The position numbers were made by a program, and so were the translations under genes. DNA of 64,000 nucleotides from an uncultured Oscillospiraceae bacterium (lineage in GTDB: Bacteria > Bacillota > Clostridia > Oscillospirales > Ruminococcaceae). The stretch spans positions 1,540 through 65,539 of the forward strand of contig CAZHWR010000003.1 of assembly GCA_964536085.1 (NCBI GenBank). The letters run 5' to 3'. Of the stretch, positions 50,434 through 60,058 are shown in pieces; positions within the stretch are counted from its first letter, which is position 1; each line of letters starts with the position of its first letter. The notes below the pieces were generated by a model that was not told the DNA's origin, did not search any database, and saw only the letters and a list, made by a program, of their open reading frames with translations.

Positions 50434-51675
50434 GTGGAAAGAATAATTTTTCATATCGACTGCGACAGCTTTTATGCTTCTGTAGAGGAGTTGTATCATC
50501 CTGAGCTTCGCGGCAAGCCGATAGCTGTAGGCGGCTCGCCCGAAGCACGTCACGGGATAATACTTGCAAAAACACAGCCCGCAAAGGAGCTCGGAGTAAA
50601 AACAGGCGAGCCGCTTTGGGAGGCTTTGAGAAAATGTCCCAACCTTGTGATTCTGCCGCCCGATTTTAAAAAATATATGCGGTTTTCGGGTCTGGTGCGA
50701 AGCATATGCTTACGGTACACAGATTTTGTCGAGCCGTTCGGGCTGGATGAAAGCTGGCTGGATGTTACGGACTGCGCCGAAAAATACGGCGGCGGCCGCG
50801 CGCTTGCAAGGCGCATACAGCAGACGGTATTAGAAGAGGTCGGTATAACCGTGAGCATTGGGATTTCGTTTAACAAGATTTTCGCAAAGCTCGGAAGCGA
50901 CTATAAAAAGCCGTTTGGAATAACCGAGATAACCCGCGAGAACTACAGAAAAAAGGTGTGGGAGCTGCCGGTGAGCGACCTGCTTATGATAGGGCGGGCA
51001 ACAAAGGCTAAGCTTAACAAAAAGGGAATACTTACGATAGGACAGCTTGCGAACACCGAAATTGAAAATCTTAAAAGATGGTTTGGAAAAAACGGATATA
51101 TGCTTTATGCGTTCGCAAACGGCGAGGATCGTTCGCCCGTTGCAAAATATTCCGACGCAAGGGCGATAAAATCCATCGGTAATTCGGCGACTCTGCCGCG
51201 TGATGCAAAGACGCCGGACGAGGTAAAAGAGGTCATATTTGTTCTGGCGGATGCGGTGGCGAGAAGACTGAGGGCTAAAAGACTAAAGGGCAGAGTGATA
51301 TCAGTGAGCATGAAAAACTCGGCGCTTTATTCTTTTACAAGACAGCGGCGGATAGAGTATTATACAAATATCACCTCGGAAATTGCAAAAACGGCGTTTG
51401 AGCTTTTTAGCCAAAATTATAGCTGGGAGCTTGACGTCAGGAGCTTGGGAGTCTGTGTGAGTGATTTGGAAAATGATGGGATATCCGAGCAGATATGCAT
51501 GTTTTCCGCTGCGGTAAAAAGAGAAAAGCTGGAAAGTCTTGATAAAACGGTCGATGAAATAAAAAGGAGGTTCGGAAATTACAGCGTGCAAAGAGCCTGT
51601 CTGCTTTCCGACGAGGACATAACGAGGTTTAATCCGCATGACGATCATATAGTGTTTCCTAAAGCCATGCAGTAG
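50434..51675 (+). CDS. dinB: DNA polymerase IV (Y-family)
   Basis: IIFHIDCDSFYASVE, VGGS..RHGIILAKT, and the SIGISFNKIFAKLGSD motif. The GTG at 50434 follows AAGGTG, so the ORF-track start at 50290 is too early. Confidence 0.88.
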   Translation: MERIIFHIDCDSFYASVEELYHPELRGKPIAVGGSPEARHGIILAKTQPAKELGVKTGEPLWEALRKCPNLVILPPDFKKYMRFSGLVRSICLRYTDFVEPFGLDESWLDVTDCAEKYGGGRALARRIQQTVLEEVGITVSIGISFNKIFAKLGSDYKKPFGITEITRENYRKKVWELPVSDLLMIGRATKAKLNKKGILTIGQLANTEIENLKRWFGKNGYMLYAFANGEDRSPVAKYSDARAIKSIGNSATLPRDAKTPDEVKEVIFVLADAVARRLRAKRLKGRVISVSMKNSALYSFTRQRRIEYYTNITSEIAKTAFELFSQNYSWELDVRSLGVCVSDLENDGISEQICMFSAAVKREKLESLDKTVDEIKRRFGNYSVQRACLLSDEDITRFNPHDDHIVFPKAMQ

Positions 51676-51776
51676 TTGAAAATCAGCTTGGGCAAGAGAC
51701 AGGGACAAAACATATACTCACCTTGTTTGTCCGCCTTTTATGATCTTGCCTATAAGAGAAAGGAATTGATTTAAAA

Positions 51777-52022
51777 ATGAACAGAAAAAAGAGATATGTT
51801 TCTGTTATAACAGAGTTTAAGCCGGACGGCGAAATTCGTCCGAAAGAGATCATATGGTCAGACGCAGAAAAATTTGAGATAGACAGGATATTGGATATCC
51901 GGCCTTGCGCTTCACTTAAGGTCGGAGGCGCGGGAATACGCTATACCTGCCGCATACAAAACACAGTGACATATCTTTTTTTGGAGGAAAACCGTTGGTT
52001 TGTTGAGGCAAAAGAGCAGTAA
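51777..52022 (+). CDS. Hypothetical small protein downstream of dinB
   Basis: 81-aa ORF with no recognised motif. Confidence 0.4.
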   Translation: MNRKKRYVSVITEFKPDGEIRPKEIIWSDAEKFEIDRILDIRPCASLKVGGAGIRYTCRIQNTVTYLFLEENRWFVEAKEQ

Positions 52023-52205
52023 AAATATACCAATAATAATATTTTGCACGAAAAATACAAAAAAAGCCGGGAGCTTTATACCCGAATTGCAGAAATAAAC
52101 TGCGTTTTGACTGCGCTTGTAAATAAGCGGGGTTTAGTGTAAAATAAGCGGTAAGCACAAAATATACCGAACGGTTATTCGATTAACGGAAAAGAGCGGA
52201 TAAAA

Positions 52206-52955
52206 ATGCAGAAGATACTCGGATATATGCGAAAGGCGATTGAAGAATACTCTCTTATTGAAAACGGTGACAGCGTTGCCGTTGGAGTTTCGGGTGGAAA
52301 GGATTCGGTAGTTCTGCTCGAAGGGCTGTGCAGGCTGCGTCGGTTTATCGGGATAGACTACAGTGTCACCGCGATAACGCTCGACCCGCAGTTCGGCGGC
52401 ATACAGGGGGATTATTCCGCGATATCCGAGCTTTGCGGGCGGCTCGGAATCAAATATGTTTTAAAGCGCACGCAAATAGGCGAAATCGTTTTTGACATAA
52501 AAAAAGAAGAGCATCCGTGCAGTCTTTGCGCCAGAATGAGGCGGGGCGCGCTGCACGACGCGGCAAAGGAAGCGGGCTGCAACAAAATAGCGCTCGGACA
52601 CCATTTTGACGACGCGGTAGAGACGTTTATCATGAATCTGTTTGTTGAGGGCCGCGTCGGCTGTTTTTCGCCCATAAGCTATCTTTCCAGAAAGGATTTA
52701 ACGCTCATCCGGCCTTTGGTGTTCGCGCCCGAGAAAGACATTAAAAGCGCGGTGAAAAAATCCGGGCTTCCGGTGGTAAAAAGCGTATGTCCTGCGGACG
52801 GCACGACAAAGCGGCAGGAGATAAAGGAGTTTTTATCCGAGCGGGAAAAATCAGACCGCGGATTTAAAGACAGGCTGTTCGGAGCAATGCGGCGCGCCGA
52901 CGTAGACGGTTTTGCAGGCAAAAGCTTCATAGGATATAAAAGCAACATAAAGTGA
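52206..52955 (+). CDS. PP-loop ATPase, tRNA 2-thiocytidine synthetase TtcA-like
   Basis: PP-loop VGVSGGKDS, CSLCARMRRG and LGHHFDD. Confidence 0.82.
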   Translation: MQKILGYMRKAIEEYSLIENGDSVAVGVSGGKDSVVLLEGLCRLRRFIGIDYSVTAITLDPQFGGIQGDYSAISELCGRLGIKYVLKRTQIGEIVFDIKKEEHPCSLCARMRRGALHDAAKEAGCNKIALGHHFDDAVETFIMNLFVEGRVGCFSPISYLSRKDLTLIRPLVFAPEKDIKSAVKKSGLPVVKSVCPADGTTKRQEIKEFLSEREKSDRGFKDRLFGAMRRADVDGFAGKSFIGYKSNIK

Positions 52956-53000
52956 CATAGTACGTCTGAATTTACATAAATAAAGCATATAATTTGTTTA

Positions 53001-53034
53001 AGCGGAGAAAAGTTTTATACTTTTCTCCGCTTTA
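53001..53034 (+). terminator. Rho-independent terminator
   Basis: Stem GCGGAGAAAAG / CTTTTCTCCGC followed by TTTATT. Confidence 0.8.
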
Positions 53035-53233
53035 TTCAATATAAAAATACTTTTTACACTAAAAAACGACTTCAAAATTCCCGATCAATCTTTATATTAT
53101 CAGCAAATACACCTTGATTTTGTAATAAGTACAAGGCTGCGACTTTGTTCGACAGATTTCAATTGAAACCGCTTACATACGGATATTATTATCATAACAA
53201 ATAATTACGACAAAATATCCGAGGTGAAAGCTG

Positions 53234-53626
53234 ATGAGAATTGACGTTAAAGAAAGCTTGGAGTGTTACAGATTTAAGCTTTTGGAGTCAGAAAGAACAT
53301 GGGAGGAGTCAAATCGTCTTGTGAGACTTGAACGCCGAATGCAGTATTTTAAAGATCCCGCGGGGCGGACGAATATCGCGGCGCTGAGAAAAGCGCTTGT
53401 AAAAACGGCGGAAAGGCAGTGTAAAGAATGTAACGATACGGTAAGGCTGATAAACTCCATCAAAGACGAACAAATAAGATATATGTTTCATTTAAGATAT
53501 ATAGACGGCGAAAAGTGGGATGATATAGCTCAGATACTTAATTATGACATCGATTCAAAGGCTGTGTATAAGATACATAAAAGAGCGTTAAAAACGCTGT
53601 GTGATAAATACGGCGGAGCAAATTGA
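53234..53626 (+). CDS. Phage late-gene transcriptional regulator (sigma-70 region-4-like, RinA/ArpU-type)
   Basis: 130 aa. The C-terminal HTH-like segment MFHLRYIDGEKWDDIAQILNYDIDSKAVYKIHKRALKTL sits immediately upstream of the terminase genes. Confidence 0.5.
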   Translation: MRIDVKESLECYRFKLLESERTWEESNRLVRLERRMQYFKDPAGRTNIAALRKALVKTAERQCKECNDTVRLINSIKDEQIRYMFHLRYIDGEKWDDIAQILNYDIDSKAVYKIHKRALKTLCDKYGGAN

Positions 53627-53647
53627 TAAAAACAAAAAATGCTCAAA

Positions 53648-53690
53648 GGCGTGCAAACCGGGTTATAGCTTGGTTTGCACGCCTTTTTTG
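53648..53690 (+). terminator. Intrinsic terminator between late regulator and terminase small subunit
   Basis: 12-bp stem GGCGTGCAAACC / GGTTTGCACGCC followed by T6. Confidence 0.75.
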
Positions 53691-53766
53691 CATTGTGAAA
53701 ACGGACACTGAATCACACCCGGGGTTTGTGATAGAGTTTTATCAGAAAAACAAAGGAGGTTTGCGA

Positions 53767-54099
53767 TTGGCTGGTAAAAAGGAGGATCGCGAAACACAGA
53801 TAACCGAAAGGATTATCGACGAATACGCAAAAGCGGCGTTTTGCAACGTCTGTGATTTTTATGAAATAACGGACGGAGCCTTGACGGTAAAGCCGCTCGA
53901 CCGTATTCCGAAATTTGCCGCAGGGGCAATTTCGGGTCTTAAACAGACAAAGGAGGGAATAGAGCTTAAATTTTACGACAAATACAAGGCGCTGGAGGCG
54001 ATAGCGAAGATAATGGGAATAGCGTCAGACGATTCGGACGACTGCGCACAGATAACGGTAAATCATAATGTTCCGCGCCCAAAGGATGAAAATCCTTGA
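53767..54099 (+). CDS. Terminase small subunit
   Basis: The TTG at 53767 lies 7 nt after AAAGGAGG. The pattern ..IDEYAKAAF.N..DF.........L..L.......I..............K..DK.KALE...K.MG is typical of the Terminase_2 family. The ORF-track start at 53623 spans the terminator and is rejected. Confidence 0.6.
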   Translation: MAGKKEDRETQITERIIDEYAKAAFCNVCDFYEITDGALTVKPLDRIPKFAAGAISGLKQTKEGIELKFYDKYKALEAIAKIMGIASDDSDDCAQITVNHNVPRPKDENP

Positions 54100-54173
54100 T
54101 TTTCATCCTTGATGAGTTTCGCTTTTACGCGCGAAATTGCTGCAAATTCTGAATAAGGAAAGGAGGCGTGTAT

Positions 54174-55640
54174 ATGACGATAACATTGGATTACGAGCCG
54201 ACTGAAAAGCAGAAGCTTTTTCACGAATCATGCGCGGACGAGGTACTTTACGGAGGCGCCGCGGGCGGAGGAAAATCAAAAGCGATAGTAATGGAGGCGT
54301 TTATCGACGCGCTTGAGCATCCCGGCGTTCACAGCTATCTGTTCAGAAAAACCTATCCTGAGCTCCGCGACACGCTTATAAAGCTGGCACTTGAATCTAT
54401 CCCGAAGCAGCTTGGAAGCTACAACGCTTCGTCGCACGATTTCACGCTGAAAAACGGTTCCGTTCTGCACTTTCGCAATTGCAGGAATTTGCAGGACGCA
54501 TACACTTATCAGGGCGCTGAAATGCATCGGCTTTATATCGACGAGCTCACGCATTTTACACAGGAAGTTTACAACTACCTGAGAACGAGGGTCAGAGCGG
54601 TCAAAAGTCTCGGAGTCACGCCGCGTATACGCTGCGCAACAAATCCGGGCGGCGTCGGTCACGGCTGGGTGAAAGCGAGGTATATCGACGGCAAGGAACC
54701 ATTCAGGGTACATAAAACGCACATAAAATCGCAGGTGAGCGATGCTCAAAAAACCGTCACGGTGCAGTATATTCCCGCTTATGCCACCGACAATCCGCAC
54801 CTGACGAGCGATTACATAATAGAGCTTGAACAAAAGCCGGACGCACTGAAAAAGGCGTTGCTTTACGGCGACTGGGACGTTTTTGAGGGGCAGGTATTCA
54901 CCGAATTTACCGACAATGCAAAGGGCTATAAGACCCGAAAGAACACGCATGTTATCGAGCCGTTTAAGATTCCTAAATCGTGGCGGCGGTTTCGGAGCTT
55001 CGACTGGGGTTACTCAAAACCGTTTTCGGTGGGATACTGGGCGCTTGACAACGACGGCAGGCTTTACAGATACGCTGAGATTTACGGCACAAAGAAGGAC
55101 AAATACACAGGGCTTACCCTGAGACCGAACGAAGGGCTCATGTACGATCCGCAAAAGGTCGCGCAGCTTATAACTAAATACGAAAACAAATATGAAAAAG
55201 GCAATAAGATAATCGGGATAGCAGACCCGTCTATTTTTGACGAAAGCCGCGGTTCGGACGGCTCGGTGGCGAAGATATTCGAGCGCAGCAAGCTGTATTT
55301 CGAGCCCGCCGACAACTCGCGCAAAGCGGGGAAAATGCAGGTCCATTACAGAATGAGGTTTGATTCCGACGGATATCCGATGATGTATGTTTTTTCGACC
55401 TGCAAGGACTTTATAAGGACGATGAAAACGTTGGTTTACGACATACACGACGTTGAGGATATCGACACCCAGTGCGAGGACCACATATATGACGAAACGC
55501 GGTATGTGTGCATGCGGCTGCCGATAATCGGCAAGGAGGAGTCCGCGGAGGATAAAGCTCCGCAGGGTGAGGATCCGCTGAATATGTTTGAACGTCCGAA
55601 ACCTGAAAATCCATATGGATTCTCTATCAAATACATTTAA
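54174..55640 (+). CDS. Terminase large subunit
   Basis: Walker A YGGAAGGGKSKA, Walker B LYIDELTH, a C-terminal nuclease region (IADPS, CEDHIYDETRY). RBS AGGAGG. Confidence 0.88.
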   Translation: MTITLDYEPTEKQKLFHESCADEVLYGGAAGGGKSKAIVMEAFIDALEHPGVHSYLFRKTYPELRDTLIKLALESIPKQLGSYNASSHDFTLKNGSVLHFRNCRNLQDAYTYQGAEMHRLYIDELTHFTQEVYNYLRTRVRAVKSLGVTPRIRCATNPGGVGHGWVKARYIDGKEPFRVHKTHIKSQVSDAQKTVTVQYIPAYATDNPHLTSDYIIELEQKPDALKKALLYGDWDVFEGQVFTEFTDNAKGYKTRKNTHVIEPFKIPKSWRRFRSFDWGYSKPFSVGYWALDNDGRLYRYAEIYGTKKDKYTGLTLRPNEGLMYDPQKVAQLITKYENKYEKGNKIIGIADPSIFDESRGSDGSVAKIFERSKLYFEPADNSRKAGKMQVHYRMRFDSDGYPMMYVFSTCKDFIRTMKTLVYDIHDVEDIDTQCEDHIYDETRYVCMRLPIIGKEESAEDKAPQGEDPLNMFERPKPENPYGFSIKYI

Positions 55641-55655
55641 ACACAGAAAGGAACG

Positions 55656-57314
55656 GTGAACAAAATGGGAAAGCTGTTTTCCATGCCCGGCAAGCAAAGG
55701 CAGAGCGAGGCAAAAAAAATGCTCGACGCGCTCGCAAAATATAAATCAATGCGGGTTGCGCTCGATGCGAAAATTATTGAAAACGAAAACTGGTTCAAGG
55801 GGAACTATTGGCAGTACATAAAAGAAAGCGGCGCGTCCGGGCGGGAGCCGAGCACTCCGTTTTTATTTAACGCCTGCTGGAACAGGCATGCGGACGCGAT
55901 GGACAATTACCCCGAGGCGGTGTTTTTGGAAAGAGAGCAAAACGATAAGCGCGAGGCGGAGATACTTTCGGGCATTATGCCGCTGATTTTGGAGAAGAAC
56001 AACTTCGAGCAGGTGTATTCTGACGTGTGGTGGTACAAGCTCAAGCAAGGAACGGGCATATACGCCGTTTTGTGGGACCAGTCCAAGGAAAACGGTATGG
56101 GAGATATAGCCGTTAAAAAGGTGGATATGCTGAGATTTTATTCCGAGCCGGGAATAGACGACATCCAAAATTCAAAATACATATTCGTTATTTCACTTGA
56201 GGATACCGACTATCTGCGCGATTACTACAACGACGAAAACATTCCCGACGACGCGGCGGCGAACGTTTCAAGCGACTACTTCGGCGACGTTTCTCCGGCG
56301 TATTTAGAGGGTAAGAGCTGTGTTGTAGACTGTTATGAAAAAACGGTGAACAAGGATAAAAAGACAGTCGTGCATATGACAAAGATCATCGGGAACAAGG
56401 CGGTTTATTCAACAAAGGACGACAAAAATCTTTCCGAGAGCGGACTTTACAATCACGGCTTGTATCCGTTTGTTACAGACAGCTTTATTCCTGTTGAAAA
56501 CTCCGCGTTCGGGCTTGGCATGGTGGATATCGCCAAGGGTACGCAGGCGTATATCGACAAGCTTGATTATATTATAGAACGCAACTGCCTTGTGGCGGGA
56601 AAACAGCGCTGGCTTGTTAAAAATTCTTCGGGAATCAACAGGGAAGCGCTGCTGGATATGTCAAACGACGTTATACCCTGCGATATAACGGTGGATGAAA
56701 GCGTTATCCGTCCGATTCAGGCGCAGGCGGTGCCGTACAACATCATGGAACACCGCCAGAGCAAGATAAACGAGCTCAAGGAGGTCATCGGAAACCGCGA
56801 CTTCACGCAGGGAGGCACGGCAATGGGCGTTACCGCATACAGCGCAATCAACGCTTTACAGGAAACGGGCAACAAGCTTTCGCGGGACGTTATAAAGGCG
56901 AGCTACAGGGCGTTTCACGACGTGGTTTATCTTTGCGTCGAGCTGATACGACAATTTTACTCGGATTCCCGTATGTTCAGGATTCTGGGCAAGGACGGTC
57001 AGCATAAATATGTGGCGTTTGACAACAAAAACCTCGGCGGAGAGGGGCTCAGTTCCTCGGTGTTCGATATAAGGATAATACCGCAGAAGAAAAATCCGTT
57101 CAGTACAGCAACGCACAACCAGCTTATTTTGGACCTTTATAAGATAGGAGCGTTCAATCCTCAGACTGCTAAAAGCGCGCAGGCGGCCGTCGATTCGATG
57201 ATTATCGACAACAAGGATGAAATAGTCGAAAAGATAAAAGATATCGCGGACGATTACGAGCTTAAAATGGAAAAGCAACAGGAACTCATGATGCAGCAGA
57301 GCAAAACAGAATAA
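55656..57314 (+). CDS. Portal protein
   Basis: 552 aa directly after the large terminase. Size and position fit, and the C-terminus is acidic. The start could be the ATG at 55665. Confidence 0.7.
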   Translation: MNKMGKLFSMPGKQRQSEAKKMLDALAKYKSMRVALDAKIIENENWFKGNYWQYIKESGASGREPSTPFLFNACWNRHADAMDNYPEAVFLEREQNDKREAEILSGIMPLILEKNNFEQVYSDVWWYKLKQGTGIYAVLWDQSKENGMGDIAVKKVDMLRFYSEPGIDDIQNSKYIFVISLEDTDYLRDYYNDENIPDDAAANVSSDYFGDVSPAYLEGKSCVVDCYEKTVNKDKKTVVHMTKIIGNKAVYSTKDDKNLSESGLYNHGLYPFVTDSFIPVENSAFGLGMVDIAKGTQAYIDKLDYIIERNCLVAGKQRWLVKNSSGINREALLDMSNDVIPCDITVDESVIRPIQAQAVPYNIMEHRQSKINELKEVIGNRDFTQGGTAMGVTAYSAINALQETGNKLSRDVIKASYRAFHDVVYLCVELIRQFYSDSRMFRILGKDGQHKYVAFDNKNLGGEGLSSSVFDIRIIPQKKNPFSTATHNQLILDLYKIGAFNPQTAKSAQAAVDSMIIDNKDEIVEKIKDIADDYELKMEKQQELMMQQSKTE

Positions 57315-57328
57315 AGGGAAGGGATAAA

Positions 57329-58408
57329 ATGATAGATATATCCGTAAAAAACTTGAAGTCCGATATCACGCTTGATTTTAAAGGCCACGCGGGATACGCG
57401 GAACACGGCTTTGACATCGTCTGCGCGGGAATATCGGCGCTTTACTGCACGCTGATACTGGCGCTGGCGAATATAGGGGAAGATATAAAGACCCGCGGAG
57501 GCTTAGTAACGGTCAAGTCCGCGGGGAAAAAGGCGAAAATCATAATCGACACCATTCTTGTCGGGATAAAAGGTATACAGCGGGCATATCCCGATTATGT
57601 TAATTTAGCTGTTGACACACGGGAAAAGACCGCGCAGAGAAAGCATTTCGGTATGACGCCGAAAAACACGTTTGGAAACATGGCGCTTTTGCAGTTGTTT
57701 TCAAACAAGGGTGCAAAGAATGCCGGCTTCACCGACCGGCGCAAAAAAGGGGACTCCGAGCGGGATACCGGTGCCCGTTCGGAGAATCCCGAAAAACCGA
57801 ACGACGAACAAAAGGAGGTGTTCAAGGTGTTCAACACAAAGGAGGATTATCAGTCGCACATTGATTCGATAATCGGAAGCAGGCTCAAGGACGACAGGGA
57901 GCAAAAGAGCAGGCTGGAAAAGCTTCAGGGGCTTATTGAAAAGCTGCTGGCGGTTTTCGGGGCCAAGGACGAGGACGAGCTTATCGATACGCTGTCCCCG
58001 GCGATCGACGAGGTCGTTAAAAACGGAGAAGAGGAAAAGGACTATAACGATTTTGTGAGCATGCTTGAAAGTGAGCTTAAAAATGCTCAAGGAGGGCTTT
58101 ATGCCGGTCAGGACGCGCGCACGCTTGCGCTGGACGAGGATTTTTTGAATCTTTTATCGTGCGGACTGGACGTCGGCGAGGCGCTTGAAATTATGGGCGA
58201 AGTGAGAAATCGTGAAGATAATATCGGCGAATCCGCATCTGAGGTCCGCAGCGCTCAAGATCAGAGCGGCGCGGCGGCGCGCCCTGCGGAAAACGCGCTT
58301 TCCGCCACCGGCGCGGCGCGTATTTCCAAAAACGCAGGGTATTTAACGGACGAGGAACTCGCAGACATTGTCAAGCGGGTCTCAAAAGGGGAAAAGATAA
58401 GATTTTAA
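57329..58408 (+). CDS. Prp-like cysteine protease fused in frame to a scaffolding protein
   Basis: The N-terminal ~100 aa carry the Prp (DUF464) His/Cys dyad context KGHAGYAEHGFDIVCAGISAL. The remainder is charged and helical (EQKSRLEKLQGLIEKLL...), typical of scaffolds. Confidence 0.7.
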   Translation: MIDISVKNLKSDITLDFKGHAGYAEHGFDIVCAGISALYCTLILALANIGEDIKTRGGLVTVKSAGKKAKIIIDTILVGIKGIQRAYPDYVNLAVDTREKTAQRKHFGMTPKNTFGNMALLQLFSNKGAKNAGFTDRRKKGDSERDTGARSENPEKPNDEQKEVFKVFNTKEDYQSHIDSIIGSRLKDDREQKSRLEKLQGLIEKLLAVFGAKDEDELIDTLSPAIDEVVKNGEEEKDYNDFVSMLESELKNAQGGLYAGQDARTLALDEDFLNLLSCGLDVGEALEIMGEVRNREDNIGESASEVRSAQDQSGAAARPAENALSATGAARISKNAGYLTDEELADIVKRVSKGEKIRF

Positions 58409-58420
58409 AGGAGAGCATAT

Positions 58421-59395
58421 ATGATAATTTTTGATTTGCAGATGTTTGCGGACGCAAACATAAACCTGACGACTTCTGCTACCACAGGCAACAATATGTC
58501 TGTTCAGATGAAGACGTTTTACGACAAAAACATCATCAGAAACGCCCAGCCGCTTCTGATACACGACCAGTTCGGTCAAAAACGCCCGATTCCGAAAAAT
58601 TCGGGTAAAACCATCGAGTTCAGAAAGCTCAATCCGTTTGCAAAGGCTACAACTCCTTTGACTGAGGGCGTTACGCCCGACGGCAAAAAGCTCGATTGGG
58701 CGAAGGTAGAAGCGGAGGTCAAGCAGTACGGAGATTATGTCACCACCTCCGACCTGCTCAATTTAACAGCGGTCGACAACACAATCCTGGAAGCGCAGCG
58801 CGTGCTGGGCGAACAGGCGGGAGCCACGCTCGACACAATAACGCGCGAGATTTTGAACTCGGGAACCAACGTACAGTATGTAGACGGCGCCAAAACGTCA
58901 AGGAGCACGATTGCCAAAACCGACGTGCTCACAGTAAATGCGGTCAAAAAAGCCGTGAATACGCTCAAAAAGATGAACGCAAGAAAAATCGACGGCGATT
59001 ACATAGCGATCATCCATCCTGACGTCGCTTATAATCTTACCAATGACGAAAACTGGCTCAACATCAATATGTACAACCCGCAGAACTGGTATGAGGGCGA
59101 AATCGGCAAGATTTACGGCGTAAGATTTATCGAAACGTCGGAGGCCAAGGTGTTCGAGGGCGAGGGCGCCTCGGGCGCGGACGTTTATTCCACGCTTATT
59201 ATCGGAGCGGACGCATACGGAGTTACCGAGCTTGAAGGCGGCGGACTTGAAACCATCATCAAGGCAAAAGGCTCCGGCGGAACCTCAGATCCGCTCGAAC
59301 AGCGTTCGACAATCGGCTGGAAAGCCGCCAAGACCGCCGAAATTTTGACGCAAGCGTTCATGGTGCGCGTTGAAACCGGCGCGAACGTTGCCTAA
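58421..59395 (+). CDS. Major capsid protein with L27-like N-terminal propeptide
   Basis: 324 aa after the scaffold gene. The N-terminus MIIFDLQMFADANI mimics the ribosomal L27 propeptide (M..LDLQFFA) that Prp cleaves. Confidence 0.8.
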   Translation: MIIFDLQMFADANINLTTSATTGNNMSVQMKTFYDKNIIRNAQPLLIHDQFGQKRPIPKNSGKTIEFRKLNPFAKATTPLTEGVTPDGKKLDWAKVEAEVKQYGDYVTTSDLLNLTAVDNTILEAQRVLGEQAGATLDTITREILNSGTNVQYVDGAKTSRSTIAKTDVLTVNAVKKAVNTLKKMNARKIDGDYIAIIHPDVAYNLTNDENWLNINMYNPQNWYEGEIGKIYGVRFIETSEAKVFEGEGASGADVYSTLIIGADAYGVTELEGGGLETIIKAKGSGGTSDPLEQRSTIGWKAAKTAEILTQAFMVRVETGANVA

Positions 59396-59450
59396 ACGAT
59401 AAATAATTATCCGTTGACGTAAAAGCTTATATTTATTATTTTGTATGTTT

Positions 59451-59481
59451 GCGGGGCGGAGAATCCGTCCCGCATTTTTTA
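59451..59481 (+). terminator. Terminator or attenuator after the capsid gene
   Basis: Stem GCGGGGCGGA / TCCGTCCCGC followed by T6. Confidence 0.65.
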
Positions 59482-59509
59482 TAAAAAGACAAGAAAGGAA
59501 TGATTATTA

Positions 59510-59713
59510 ATGGCAAATACACAGACAAAGGAAAAGAAAGTCGCCGTTAAGCTTTTTAAAGGCGCAGGGGCGTACGGGGACGACGTTCAGGTAATTGTGA
59601 ACGGTAAGGCATTTTTGATAAAAAGAGGCGAAGAAGTCGAAGTGCCTGAATATGTTGCTGAAATTTTGAAGCAGCAGGAAGCGCAGCTTAATCTGGCGTC
59701 TGAAATATCCTAA
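59510..59713 (+). CDS. Phage hypothetical protein (67 aa)
   Basis: RBS AAAGGAA. Called from its position in the structural module. Confidence 0.5.
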   Translation: MANTQTKEKKVAVKLFKGAGAYGDDVQVIVNGKAFLIKRGEEVEVPEYVAEILKQQEAQLNLASEIS

Positions 59714-59725
59714 AGGCGGCGGCGT

Positions 59726-60046
59726 ATGAACATTGATAAAATACTGGAACGGGCAAAACAAATAACATCCACACAGCTTTCGGATGACGAATTGAAGGAG
59801 ATCGTCAACGACGGTTTTTTGATTGCGACCCGCGGACTCATGCCGACTGATATCCGTGATATTTATATCGATGATATGCTCGGATATTATCTTCTTTCAC
59901 AGATAAACCTTATAAACGGCGATTTTGCGCTTTACAACAATTATTCGGCGATGTTCAACAGCGCGCTCACCGAGTTTCGCATGATAGTTTCCGAGGTGGC
60001 GCCGACGTATCCGGACGAGCTGCAATACAAAAATCTGCTTTATTAA
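59726..60046 (+). CDS. Phage hypothetical protein (possible head-tail connector)
   Basis: 106 aa, tightly packed after the previous gene. Function inferred from position only. Confidence 0.45.
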   Translation: MNIDKILERAKQITSTQLSDDELKEIVNDGFLIATRGLMPTDIRDIYIDDMLGYYLLSQINLINGDFALYNNYSAMFNSALTEFRMIVSEVAPTYPDELQYKNLLY

Positions 60047-60058
60047 GGGGGTGCTGAT

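Noticed and set aside
54276-55697. Two long minus-strand ORFs (54276-54950 and 55014-55697)
   Set aside because: They are antisense to the large terminase, which has clear Walker A/B and nuclease motifs.
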